From a virus (Duplodnaviria > Caudoviricetes), in the IMG/VR virus record IMGVR_UViG_3300037807_000296, positions 1,295-65,294 of that record: DNA of 64,000 bases. One strand, given 5' to 3'. The translations under genes and the position numbers were made by a program. The notes beneath the pieces were generated by a model that made no database searches, was not told the DNA's origin, and saw nothing but the letters and a program-made list of their open reading frames with translations. Positions 28,752 to 38,394 of this stretch are shown in pieces. Position 1 is the stretch's first letter. The number at the start of each line of letters is the position of its first letter.

Positions 28752-28968
28752 AGAAGATAAGTTTTGGAATATAGCTGCAATCATTTCCACTGTGATTGCT
28801 TGTATTATTATAATTTCATCATTATCAGGCTGCAACACTGGTATTAGATATGAACACCCTAAACAATTTAATCCAGTATTATACAAAGAAAGAATTATAC
28901 AAGTAAGCGTTGATATAGATGGTAATTGTAGAACTGAAGATGAGGATTGGGTATGCCAGATGAATTAG
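28744..28968 (+). CDS. Small lipoprotein
   Basis: Signal peptide with lipobox LSGC. Confidence 0.55.
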   Translation: MTREDKFWNIAAIISTVIACIIIISSLSGCNTGIRYEHPKQFNPVLYKERIIQVSVDIDGNCRTEDEDWVCQMN

Positions 28969-29041
28969 TAGTATTCCTTTTAATAGTAACAATAGCTATT
29001 GGTATTGGTTGTATATATAGCAATTGTGGTGAAGATAAACA

Positions 29042-29290
29042 ATGAATATTGAAGCGGAATGGCTGTTGGCGTTGATAGCATTTCCTGTAATAGGGTTTTT
29101 CTTTAAGATGTTCCTGACGAACTTCGATAAGCACGATGCAAGAATGGACTTGATGGAAAAGGAACTAGTTAGTCGAGTGGAGTGGCAGAGAGAGTTAGAC
29201 AGAACTAATCGAATTGTAGGAGAACTCTTTAATCAAAAAGCAGATAAAGAGTTGGTTGAAGCTATAACAGGAAAATCAAATGAAACTTAG
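29042..29290 (+). CDS. N-terminal TM plus coiled-coil protein
   Basis: Hydropathy pattern. Confidence 0.55.
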   Translation: MNIEAEWLLALIAFPVIGFFFKMFLTNFDKHDARMDLMEKELVSRVEWQRELDRTNRIVGELFNQKADKELVEAITGKSNET

Positions 29291-29660
29291 TATAGAGAAA
29301 TTAGGAACCTTTTTAGGTATCGCAACTGCACTAAGTGCATCAGTCGGTGGTTACTTTGTGATGGAAGATAGACAAAACACTCTAATCAATACTGTTGAGA
29401 CGTTATCTCAAGAGATGAAAGAAGTTAGAGAGAGTGGTGATCTGATATTGAGAGTCGGGATATTAGAGACTAAAATTGAGTTAACGGAATCTTACGATGA
29501 TGCTTGGATTAGAAAGTTATCTGATGATAATATGAACAAAATCATACTAATAAATGAGCGTACACGTAAAATCAAAGATATCGAGAAAATTATTAATGAT
29601 GAGATAATACCATCAATTGATGATATATTCGATGATATAGATAAATTTACAGGAAGATAG
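29280..29660 (+). CDS. N-terminal TM plus coiled-coil protein
   Basis: Hydropathy pattern. Confidence 0.55.
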   Translation: MKLSIEKLGTFLGIATALSASVGGYFVMEDRQNTLINTVETLSQEMKEVRESGDLILRVGILETKIELTESYDDAWIRKLSDDNMNKIILINERTRKIKDIEKIINDEIIPSIDDIFDDIDKFTGR

Positions 29661-29662
29661 AT

Positions 29663-29971
29663 ATGAAATTAATAATGATGCTTATGGTTATGGTTACCTT
29701 TACTGCTAATGGCGCAGAGCTTTTGGAATGTAAAGACGGAGAATTGAGTTTTGGTATAGATAGAGCTCAAGCAGTTAATGAGAACACTTTTAGACTGGGA
29801 TGGATAATGCCTATTAACTCTAATTGTAAACAAATCAATAGAGATCAAGCTAGAGCCAATCGAATCAAAGATGAAACTAACTTACTAGCAGCATGTGCTG
29901 ATTACAGAAGTTTAACAGTTGATCCAACTAAATTCCCGACACTTGAAGCGGCTTGTAAATTAAGTAAATAA
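29663..29971 (+). CDS. Secreted small protein
   Basis: Signal peptide (ANG/A), 4 Cys. Confidence 0.55.
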   Translation: MKLIMMLMVMVTFTANGAELLECKDGELSFGIDRAQAVNENTFRLGWIMPINSNCKQINRDQARANRIKDETNLLAACADYRSLTVDPTKFPTLEAACKLSK

Positions 29972-30011
29972 CTAATATAGATAAATATCTCTATTAATAC
30001 GAGGAATTATC

Positions 30012-30389
30012 ATGCACATGTCGAATTACTTAGAGGATGGTCTACTTAACCATCTCTTGTCTAATATACCACTTGAATTTACAATACCATATCTAGCCTT
30101 ATACACATCTGATCCTACTGATGCTGAAATTGGTATTGAATGTTCTGACGTTAATTATAGTAGACAATCAATAACATTTGATACATCTTTGAATGGTGAA
30201 ACTTCTAATACTGACTACATTACATTCCTTCCATTTACAGGTGATGTTACAATCACTCATATTGGTATCATGAATGCTCCTATTGGAGGGAATTTGATGT
30301 TTCACGTGGACTTATCTACATCTAAAATAATGCATGATACAGATGAGTTAAGATTTCATCCAGGAAGTCTTACTATAAGATTATCATAA
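30012..30389 (+). CDS. Virion structural (tail-associated) protein
   Basis: MSNYLE, YLALYTSDP, ITHIGI, GGNL motifs; GATAAATA at 29980. Confidence 0.7.
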   Translation: MHMSNYLEDGLLNHLLSNIPLEFTIPYLALYTSDPTDAEIGIECSDVNYSRQSITFDTSLNGETSNTDYITFLPFTGDVTITHIGIMNAPIGGNLMFHVDLSTSKIMHDTDELRFHPGSLTIRLS

Positions 30390-30823
30390 TGGGTGCTAAG
30401 TTAGCCCCTAACTCATTTCATGAACGTGTTATATTAGTCCATAACTGGGCTTATGAGAAGTTATCGGAGTATAAAAGTTGTCACGAAAAGATATCAGTTG
30501 AGTGTAAAGAGCATGGAGTTTTTGAAATAGAGCCTCATAGTCTATTAAGTGGCCATGGGTGTCCTAAGTGTGCTAGAGAAGAACGGAGACGTAGTTTAAC
30601 TATGTTCCTTGAAAAAGCTAAGATGGTCCATAAGAATACATATTCATATACTATGATTAAACCAGGATGGATAACCGGGAAGATTGAAGTTACATGTATA
30701 GATCACGGAGGTTTCATGGTGGATGCAGACTATTTCCTTAAAACTAATAAAGATGGGAGCCCTAAGACTGGCTGCCCTAAATGTAACAAAAGACAGAAAA
30801 TAGGTAATACATTATTAGGTTGA
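30389..30823 (+). CDS. Tandem zinc-ribbon (CxxHG...GCPKC) protein lacking a nuclease domain
   Basis: Two DUF723-like repeats. Confidence 0.7.
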   Translation: MGAKLAPNSFHERVILVHNWAYEKLSEYKSCHEKISVECKEHGVFEIEPHSLLSGHGCPKCAREERRRSLTMFLEKAKMVHKNTYSYTMIKPGWITGKIEVTCIDHGGFMVDADYFLKTNKDGSPKTGCPKCNKRQKIGNTLLG

Positions 30824-30900
30824 CAACGCACTCAGAATGTTATTAAAAATAACATTAATTGAGAGATAAATAAATACACAATCAAATAACGGAGATGTAA

Positions 30901-31416
30901 ATGGGTATCAAATTTTCAAATAATGCTGGAACAATAATATCAGCAGATGTAACTAGTGACGCAACAAGTATACTTGTCGATGATGCATCAGAATTTCCTA
31001 CTTTAGGAGCAGGTGATTGGTGTTATGCTACGATTATAGGTTCTTTTGGAATTGAAATAGTGAAAGTTACTGCTATAACGGGTAATAATATGGTCGTTGA
31101 GCGAGCAAAAGATAATACTAGCGCTCTCACGTTCACATCAAGTGATAGATTCGAATTACGTAATAATGCGGCAATGTTTGAAGATATTACAGCAGCTGCT
31201 GTAATATCCCTAAACCATAGTGCTATAACCACAGTCACAGATGCTGGTATATCAACATATAACTTTACATACAACCCAAACTTTGTCACTGTTTACATTA
31301 ATAGACAGATATTGAGAGAAGCGGAATACACAGCAACCAACGGAACAAGCATCACATTTATTGTTTCGTTGAATGTTGGGGATGATATCGAAACCACTAC
31401 TACAACAGGAGCATAA
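30901..31416 (+). CDS. Virion structural protein
   Basis: [27 protein letters not shown] motifs; GATAAATA at 30865. Confidence 0.7.
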   Translation: MGIKFSNNAGTIISADVTSDATSILVDDASEFPTLGAGDWCYATIIGSFGIEIVKVTAITGNNMVVERAKDNTSALTFTSSDRFELRNNAAMFEDITAAAVISLNHSAITTVTDAGISTYNFTYNPNFVTVYINRQILREAEYTATNGTSITFIVSLNVGDDIETTTTTGA

Positions 31417-31417
31417 C

Positions 31418-31999
31418 ATGGGTAAATTCAGACAAATATATAATAAAGCAGGTGTTGTGCAGAGTATTGATAAGGATAAGTTTTACACTCTTGATATATC
31501 AGGTAATGTAACTGAGCATGTTGATAAAACTGCCGCTGAAGCTGCAAGTGCACCTGAAGACACTTTAAACATAACTGGTAACCCAGCTGATATTAGACGT
31601 ACTGATAACCTTGAGGAGAATATTAGTGTATTAGCTCGTAAGAAAGCTAATGCTGATATGAGCAACGTTGATAGTCTTCCACCATCTGTAGTTGCTACAT
31701 TGAAGGGTGATACTGGTAATACTGGCCCTGCTGGTTCTAATGGAGCTACTGGTAATACTGGCCCTGCTGGTTCTAAGGGTGATACTGGTAATACTGGCCC
31801 TGCTGGAGCTACTGGTAATACTGGCCCTGCTGGTTCTAATGGAGCTACTGGTAATACTGGCCCTGCTGGTTCTAATGGAGCTACTGGTAATACTGGCCCT
31901 GCTGGTTCTAATGGAGCTACTGGCCCTGCTGGAGCTAAAGGAGATGTTGGTGCAACTTTTGTGATGAATGGCTCAACTTTAGCAATTACGACCCCATAA
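31418..31999 (+). CDS. Collagen-like fibre protein
   Basis: About 28 Gly-X-Y triplets; SD AGGAG before ATG 31418. Confidence 0.85.
   Translation: MGKFRQIYNKAGVVQSIDKDKFYTLDISGNVTEHVDKTAAEAASAPEDTLNITGNPADIRRTDNLEENISVLARKKANADMSNVDSLPPSVVATLKGDTGNTGPAGSNGATGNTGPAGSKGDTGNTGPAGATGNTGPAGSNGATGNTGPAGSNGATGNTGPAGSNGATGPAGAKGDVGATFVMNGSTLAITTP
31706..31957 (+). repeat. Collagen repeat (36-bp [12 protein letters not shown] units)
   Basis: Near-perfect DNA repeats. Confidence 0.9.
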
Positions 32000-32003
32000 C
32001 ACT

Positions 32004-32543
32004 ATGGCTACTCAGTTAATAGATTTTTCGATTGTTCGTGACTTCATTTACAACGGTGTTAATCAAGGGTACAGTTGTATCTACCTCAATGGTACTCGTC
32101 TATGGGAACGCTATCAAATAGAAGAGGTGTATCAAGAGTGGGTGAATTCAGGGTATGAAGAGGATGTATTAGAGTGGGTGAATGTATATCGAGACTCTAG
32201 CGGTACATACGTTTTACCTAGTTCCATATTAGGTGAGAGCTGGATTGGCGCGAGTTATTTTTATACTATTTTTAAGGAGGGTATAGCTGTTGAACTCACA
32301 GATACTGGAAATCACGGCAACAAAGGTCAACATACCTATGGAGCGGGTGGACGGGGTGCCTTCTCGACAGGTCGTGGGTATCAACTTAAAAACACACAAC
32401 CCGGCGGACAGATTCACAGTATTGTGCATTCAGGTGCCACTCCCGCATGGAATAACAGTTACCAACAAGTCGTAGGTACGCAGTGGGTAGACACTAGTAT
32501 TTATGTATATAAAACTAAATTAACAGATATGTGGTATTACTAG
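32004..32543 (+). CDS. Putative fibre tip / receptor-binding module
   Basis: Follows collagen gene; conserved-looking ends around a higher-GC variable centre. Confidence 0.55.
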   Translation: MATQLIDFSIVRDFIYNGVNQGYSCIYLNGTRLWERYQIEEVYQEWVNSGYEEDVLEWVNVYRDSSGTYVLPSSILGESWIGASYFYTIFKEGIAVELTDTGNHGNKGQHTYGAGGRGAFSTGRGYQLKNTQPGGQIHSIVHSGATPAWNNSYQQVVGTQWVDTSIYVYKTKLTDMWYY

Positions 32544-32555
32544 GAGATATATAAG

Positions 32556-32963
32556 ATGAGCATTTTAATTTATAACGGAGTCACTTCGTTAATTGAAAAG
32601 GATAACAAACAACTACTGTCTAAGCAGAAGCCAAAGTTTACTTTTGAATATGAGACAATTCAGTTCACGGAGCATACTAAATCTTTTGTTTTTGCTGACA
32701 AAGTCGTAGAGTTAAGTGAAGAGCAAAGCATAGAGGTGTTGGATTTTATAGGGGGCGTGTCTGAAGATAAAGAAACTGCTAGTCAGATCGCATCAAATTT
32801 AGAGAGTTTGCGATATCTCACAGACACTGATTGGGTAAATAGTAAGTACACTGATGAAGTTGTATTGTTAAAGAACATGACTAGAGTTGAGTTTCTGGCC
32901 AAATATCGTGAGGTTTTGGAAGCGAGAGTAATAGCAAGGAAAAATGTAGTTGAAATAGAGTAA
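32556..32963 (+). CDS. Fibre assembly chaperone-like protein
   Basis: YLTDTDW...R..AR C-terminal motif. Confidence 0.55.
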   Translation: MSILIYNGVTSLIEKDNKQLLSKQKPKFTFEYETIQFTEHTKSFVFADKVVELSEEQSIEVLDFIGGVSEDKETASQIASNLESLRYLTDTDWVNSKYTDEVVLLKNMTRVEFLAKYREVLEARVIARKNVVEIE

Positions 32964-33094
32964 TGAAATTAGAATTGATAATTCAATAACACTTCATGGT
33001 GTAGATGTTGTTTCAGTTAAGTACTCTAGATAATTGTAAGTATTAATTCATGTTCATTATTACCATCTAGCATTTTATGTGGTATAATATAATC

Positions 33095-34090
33095 ATGGAT
33101 TATATTGATATATCATACATTAGACAGTTATCTCCTCAGCTCAATAAGTTCAAGGATAAAGGTAACAACACATTTAATGCTAGATGTCCTGTATGTGGTG
33201 ATTCAAGTCTAAATCCCAACAAAGCTCGATTCTGGTTCTTTCCTGAAAAAGTTAAGACTAGAGTTCATTGTTTCAATTGTGGGTACTCATCAGAGTTATC
33301 ATGGTTTCTGAAAGATTATTATCCCAATTTATATAAAGAGTATCAGCGAGAGCGTTTTGGGTCCAGATCAATCAAGTCTAAGGAAGTTAGGCTTCCGAGT
33401 GTTCCGAAGCCGATATTCAAGCCAAAGCCTTTGAATCTCAAGAGTATTAAAGATTTATCAGTAGATCATCCAGCGAGGTTATATGTAACCAATCGGTTCA
33501 TACCAGAGGATAAGTTACATCTTTTATACATAGCTCCCAAGTTTAAAGCTTGGTCACATGAGATGATGCCTGAGAAGTATACATACATTAAACAAGATGA
33601 ACCTCGTCTTATTATACCATTCTTTGATAGAGATCATAATTTAATAGCATTTCAGGGAAGGAGTTTTGATCCCAGAGCAGATGTTAAATATATCACGATA
33701 AAAATTCAAGATACTGTTAAGCTTTTTGGACAAGAGCGGATAAATAATGATACAGATATAATTATCGTTGAAGGTCCTCTTGATAGTTTATTCCTTGACA
33801 ATTCATTAGCTATGGCTGGATCAGCAGTTAAAGATGTACCATATGATAAGGATAAGGTTATATTTGCATTCGATAGAGAGCCTCGTAATAAAGAAATCGT
33901 TAAAGCGATGCATAAAAAGATCAAACAAGGTTATAGGGTTTGTATAGCTGATAATCTCGAAGGTGGTAAAGATATTAATGATTGGATTAAGGCGAGACAC
34001 ACACCAAAACAGATACAATGTGATATAATAGAACATACGTATCAAGGAATGGAAGCTGAATTGAAATTAACCGAATGGAGAAAGTGTTGA
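33095..34090 (+). CDS. 61: DNA primase gp61
   Basis: RCPVCGDS...HCFNC zinc finger, FQGRS, VEGPLDSLF, FDREPRN, KDIND; start ATG 33095. Confidence 0.96.
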   Translation: MDYIDISYIRQLSPQLNKFKDKGNNTFNARCPVCGDSSLNPNKARFWFFPEKVKTRVHCFNCGYSSELSWFLKDYYPNLYKEYQRERFGSRSIKSKEVRLPSVPKPIFKPKPLNLKSIKDLSVDHPARLYVTNRFIPEDKLHLLYIAPKFKAWSHEMMPEKYTYIKQDEPRLIIPFFDRDHNLIAFQGRSFDPRADVKYITIKIQDTVKLFGQERINNDTDIIIVEGPLDSLFLDNSLAMAGSAVKDVPYDKDKVIFAFDREPRNKEIVKAMHKKIKQGYRVCIADNLEGGKDINDWIKARHTPKQIQCDIIEHTYQGMEAELKLTEWRKC

Positions 34091-34815
34091 AATCTTTTAA
34101 AGAATATGTGAATGAATCTTTTATCATTAAAGATGATGTGTTATCATTTGATTATAGCAATACTGAATCAACTAAGATGGGTAAACGAATTGTGATGGAA
34201 CCTTATAAGAAAAGGGGGAAGTCGACTGGTGGTATTGATGTGTATAGTGTATATAATGTTCATAATCAGACAGATGTTATTAAAAGTATCAAAGGTAAAG
34301 GACCGTACACGATCAGTTCAGAAGATTATCAGCAATTCTTAAAACGGACTGATTTATATATATCATCTAAGATTATAAAGTCTCATAAAATATCAACGAT
34401 CATCACTCCTAAATCTAGTAGTGGTATATTAAACGATCTTATAGTCTTATTGAAGAAACGTAATCCTCATATTAAGTTTTTACCGGAGACGTTGATTAAA
34501 GTGATTGATCCGAATCAGATTAAGATAGATTATGATCACCCTAAGATCACAGATAAAATTTCCAAAAGACTTGAGGGTATAATTAGAGCAGCTGTTAAAA
34601 ATAAATATTTTGAGATAAAAAAGGTAGATAAGAGATTCGCTCAATTTGTTTCTGGTTATTTTGAATCCAAGGATAATGTCAAATTCGAAGATGATGATAA
34701 TATTATGATCCTTGATGATGTAGTTAGCTCAGGTTCCACATTCACTGAAATACACAATATCATTAAAGGTTACAGATATAATAATGTCATTGGCACGACA
34801 ATTTTTAAGACATGA
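34087..34815 (+). CDS. Type I phosphoribosyltransferase-fold protein
   Basis: PRPP loop ILDDVVSSGST, PKSSS; probable TTG start giving MKSFKEYVNE. Confidence 0.72.
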   Translation: MKSFKEYVNESFIIKDDVLSFDYSNTESTKMGKRIVMEPYKKRGKSTGGIDVYSVYNVHNQTDVIKSIKGKGPYTISSEDYQQFLKRTDLYISSKIIKSHKISTIITPKSSSGILNDLIVLLKKRNPHIKFLPETLIKVIDPNQIKIDYDHPKITDKISKRLEGIIRAAVKNKYFEIKKVDKRFAQFVSGYFESKDNVKFEDDDNIMILDDVVSSGSTFTEIHNIIKGYRYNNVIGTTIFKT

Positions 34816-35156
34816 CGATTTTCGCTATAATAGGAAGTCGGACCTTCGATGATATTGAGTATGCTGCTAATAAATTAGATGAGATAATAAGTCAGTATGA
34901 TTCTATTGTATCGGGTGGAGCTAAAGGTGCTGATAGTATCGGAGCCGCGTACGCTGATATAAATGGATTACCATTAACAGTGTATAAGCCAGATTGGAAG
35001 AAGTATGGAAAAGGTGCTGGATTTATAAGGAATAAGTTAATAATAGATGAGTGTGATGTTGTGATTGCGTTTTGGGATGGTTCATCTAAAGGAACCAAAC
35101 ATAGTATAAATTTAGCTAGAAAGAGTGGTAAAGAAGTAATAATATTGAAACCTTGA
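34812..35156 (+). CDS. SLOG/YspA-like (DUF2493) protein
   Basis: IIGSR, VSGGAKGAD, AGFIRN, FWDGSSKGT. Confidence 0.85.
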   Translation: MTIFAIIGSRTFDDIEYAANKLDEIISQYDSIVSGGAKGADSIGAAYADINGLPLTVYKPDWKKYGKGAGFIRNKLIIDECDVVIAFWDGSSKGTKHSINLARKSGKEVIILKP

Positions 35157-35166
35157 GGAATATAAA

Positions 35167-35373
35167 ATGCCTGTATTTGATGTGAGATGTAAGAGTTGTG
35201 ATAGAACCAAAGAGATACTAACCTTAAAGATTAACACTGAAATCAAAGCATCTGACTGCTTATGTGGTGTTAATGACTGGGAGAAGATTGTTAGTGTATC
35301 TCATTCAAAAAATAAAGAACTTGATAGTGAAACACGACAAACAGAAGATATGTGTGATTCACGCTGGACATAA
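35167..35373 (+). CDS. FmdB-like zinc-ribbon protein
   Basis: MPVFDVRCKSC...CLCG. Confidence 0.65.
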   Translation: MPVFDVRCKSCDRTKEILTLKINTEIKASDCLCGVNDWEKIVSVSHSKNKELDSETRQTEDMCDSRWT

Positions 35374-35386
35374 TGGAGAGTAAATA

Positions 35387-37072
35387 ATGAACGATTATCA
35401 AAAATTTATAGCATTATCAAGATATGCTAGATGGTTACCTGAAGAGAAACGGAGAGAGCACTGGAGTGAGACAGTTGCTCGATATTTTGATTTTTTCACA
35501 AATCATTTAAAAGAAATTCATGAATATGATCTCACATCAAATGATCGTGAAGTATTAGAGGTTGCTATTAACAATCTTGATGTGATGCCATCAATGCGTT
35601 GTATGATGACAGCTGGAGATGCTCTCAAAAAGAATAATATAGCTGGATACAATTGCTCATATGTTGCTATTGATCACCCAAAAGCATTTGATGAAATTTT
35701 GTTCATTTTGATGCATGGAACTGGTGTGGGATTTTCTGTAGAGCGTCAGTTTATCCAGAAGCTCCATGAAATCCCGGAATTAGAATTAACAGGCTCCGTT
35801 ATTCAGGTAGCTGATAGTAAAGAAGGGTGGCAGAAGGGTTTGAGGAGATTGTTTCAACATTTGTGGGATGGGGAGATTCCTACATGGGATCTATCCAAGA
35901 TTAGAGAGAAGGGAGCGAGACTTAAAACGTTTGGGGGAAGAGCTAGTGGTCCTCAGCCATTAGAAGACCTTTTTCAGTTCACTGTACAGATGTTTAAAGG
36001 TGCTCAAAATCGTAAGTTGACATCTGTTGAGTGTCATCGGATTGCTTGTAAGATCGCAGAGGTTGTTGTGGTTGGGGGAGTTAGAAGAAGTGCTTTGATA
36101 TCCCTTTCCAATTTGAGTGATGAACGGATGAGACATGCTAAGTCAGGGCAATGGTGGGTTGACACACCAGAAATGGGTTTAGCTAATAATAGTGTATGTT
36201 ACACAGAGAAGCCTGATATCGGTATTTTTATGATTGAGTGGACTAGTTTATACGAATCTAAGTCAGGGGAACGTGGTATCTTTAACCGTGAAGCAGCGTA
36301 TAAACATCTCCCAGCTCGACGCAGAGAGCAATATGATGGTAAAGATCTACCTTTATACGGGACAAACCCCTGCAGCGAGATAGTTTTGCAAGATGGTCAA
36401 TTTTGTAATCTATCTGAGGTAGTATTAAGGACTAATGATACATTAGATGACATCCGATCTAAAGTTAAGCTTGCTGCTATATTAGGTACTATGCAAGCAA
36501 CATTAACAAATATTAAAGGTCTCCGTGCTAAATGGAAACAAGCTACTGTAGAGGAAGCTCTTCTAGGAGTTTCATTGACCGGTATTATGGATCACACATT
36601 CATGAATGGATCTAAAAAAACGGTGGAAGGTTTATCATTGCCTGATTTTTTGTCTGAGATAAAAGATATTGCAGTTTCTGTTAATGAGGAGTGGGCTAAT
36701 AAGTTTGGTATTAATCCTGCTATGGCTGCTACAGCAATCAAACCCAGTGGATGTACAACGTTAAACACTAAAATCAAAACAACTTCTGGTGATATGAGTA
36801 TGGCAGATATATTCATAGCTAATAAAGTTGAAGATGTTTTCAGTTTAAAACCTAATACATGGATTGAACCAATTATCGATGTTAAAGTTTATGATGAAAA
36901 TAATGATGAGCAATTGATAACAAAACTTTTTATTAATGGTTTATCAGATGTATATGAAGTAGAGTTTAATAATGAAAAATATAAATTTACAGGAAATCAT
37001 AAACTAAAGACGGTTGATGGATGGAAAAGAGTTGATGAAATAACTATAGATGATGATGTTATACAGTTGTAA
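35387..37072 (+). CDS. nrdJ: Class II (B12-dependent) ribonucleotide reductase N-part fused to a 106-aa N-intein
   Basis: PSMR, YNCS, GGVRRSA, TNPCSE, AIKPSG then intein CTTLNT...FTGNH. Confidence 0.94.
   Translation: MNDYQKFIALSRYARWLPEEKRREHWSETVARYFDFFTNHLKEIHEYDLTSNDREVLEVAINNLDVMPSMRCMMTAGDALKKNNIAGYNCSYVAIDHPKAFDEILFILMHGTGVGFSVERQFIQKLHEIPELELTGSVIQVADSKEGWQKGLRRLFQHLWDGEIPTWDLSKIREKGARLKTFGGRASGPQPLEDLFQFTVQMFKGAQNRKLTSVECHRIACKIAEVVVVGGVRRSALISLSNLSDERMRHAKSGQWWVDTPEMGLANNSVCYTEKPDIGIFMIEWTSLYESKSGERGIFNREAAYKHLPARRREQYDGKDLPLYGTNPCSEIVLQDGQFCNLSEVVLRTNDTLDDIRSKVKLAAILGTMQATLTNIKGLRAKWKQATVEEALLGVSLTGIMDHTFMNGSKKTVEGLSLPDFLSEIKDIAVSVNEEWANKFGINPAMAATAIKPSGCTTLNTKIKTTSGDMSMADIFIANKVEDVFSLKPNTWIEPIIDVKVYDENNDEQLITKLFINGLSDVYEVEFNNEKYKFTGNHKLKTVDGWKRVDEITIDDDVIQL
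36752..37069 (+). mobile_element. Split intein IntN (106 aa) in NrdJ
   Basis: Cys1 after PSG; block B TxNH; GWKRVDEI. Confidence 0.9.
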
Positions 37073-37128
37073 TTTGATGGTTATGTCAGTGCCTGGTGGA
37101 TTGATATAACTATTTACGGAGAAGTGTA

Positions 37129-37711
37129 ATGGAGTATGTACCGTATGTTTACATTATAAAGAATATAACAACTCAATTAAAATATATCGGAGTTCGGTAT
37201 GCTCTGATTATTTGAATATGTGTTTTAGTTCAGGACTTCAAGATTTGAGAATAAACTCTAAAGCGGGAAAGGTAGGAGGGGCGATAGTTAAGGCTAAGGG
37301 TGTTGGAATTTTTAGAGATTATAGTGAAAGACTTGAATGGGCTAAGATGGGTGGAAAAGCAAGCATGAAAGCTGGGAAGCTTGAATATGAAGAAACAGGA
37401 AAAAAGAATTTTTATTGTTGGTCAACTGTTGCTGGAAGGAAAGAAAGATCTAGTTTAGGTGGAAAGAATGGAGCTTTTTCAGTTAATTATATTATGAAAA
37501 CACATAATTGCTCTGAAAAAACAGCAATAGAAATTTTAAAAGAAGAGCAATCTATTAGAGGGACAATAGGTGGTAAAGGAAATAAAGGTTTTATTTGGAT
37601 AACTGATGGTATAAAAACATTCAAATACACTAAAAATATTAAAATGAAAAACACATTGACGTTTTTCTAGATGAAAATTCAAACTATAAAAAAGGTAGAA
37701 TACTTAAATGA
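37129..37711 (+). pseudogene. Decayed GIY-YIG homing endonuclease between the nrdJ halves
   Basis: MEYVPYVYIIKN..KYIGVR stops after 28 codons; second frame carries YLN, GGK repeats, WITDG; third frame ends YKKGRILK. Confidence 0.8.
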
Positions 37712-38394
37712 AAATAACAGCTATTACAAAATTAGATGTGCAAGAATTTACAGTTGATGTTGAAGTGGACAATACCCATTCGTATCAATTAAACAACGGT
37801 TGTGTGTCACATAATACGGTCAGTCAATTAGTTGACTCTGCATCTGGTATCCACGCTAGACATAATCCTTATTACATCCGTAGAGTTAGAGCTGATGCTA
37901 AAGACCCTCTTGCAGAGTTGATGGTAGATGCTGGTGTTCCAATGGAATCAGATGTGATGGCAAAGGGTAATGTTAATGTATTCTCGTTCCCTATGAAAGC
38001 TCCTAAAAATGCTGTATTTAGAGAAGATCGGACAGCTATTGAGCAGTTAGAGTTATGGTTGACATATCAGCAAAATTGGACAGAGCATAAACCATCTATT
38101 ACAGTATCAGTAAAGGAACATGAGTGGATGGATGTTGGAGCGTGGGTGTATAAGCATTTTGATGATTGTTCTGGTGTATCATTCTTACCATTCTCAGAAC
38201 ATTCTTATGCTCAAGCACCGTATGAGGATATTGATAAAGAGACTTATGATGAGCTATTAAGTAAAATGCCGAAGAGTATTGATTGGACTCAAATTGTTAA
38301 GTATGAATCTGATGATTCAGCATTGAAGAATACCAAAGAGCTTGCTTGTAGTGCTGGTGTTTGTGAAGTAGTTGACTTAGTTGCTGATGAATGA
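37708..38394 (+). CDS. nrdJ: 36-aa C-intein fused to the NrdJ C-terminal part
   Basis: VDVEVDNTHSY..VSHN|TVSQLVDSASGIH; HKPSIT, QAPYE, terminal CSAGVC. Confidence 0.94.
   Translation: MKITAITKLDVQEFTVDVEVDNTHSYQLNNGCVSHNTVSQLVDSASGIHARHNPYYIRRVRADAKDPLAELMVDAGVPMESDVMAKGNVNVFSFPMKAPKNAVFREDRTAIEQLELWLTYQQNWTEHKPSITVSVKEHEWMDVGAWVYKHFDDCSGVSFLPFSEHSYAQAPYEDIDKETYDELLSKMPKSIDWTQIVKYESDDSALKNTKELACSAGVCEVVDLVADE

Noticed and set aside
31707-31964. 85-aa hydrophobic ORF
   Set aside because: Alternate-frame shadow of the collagen repeat.
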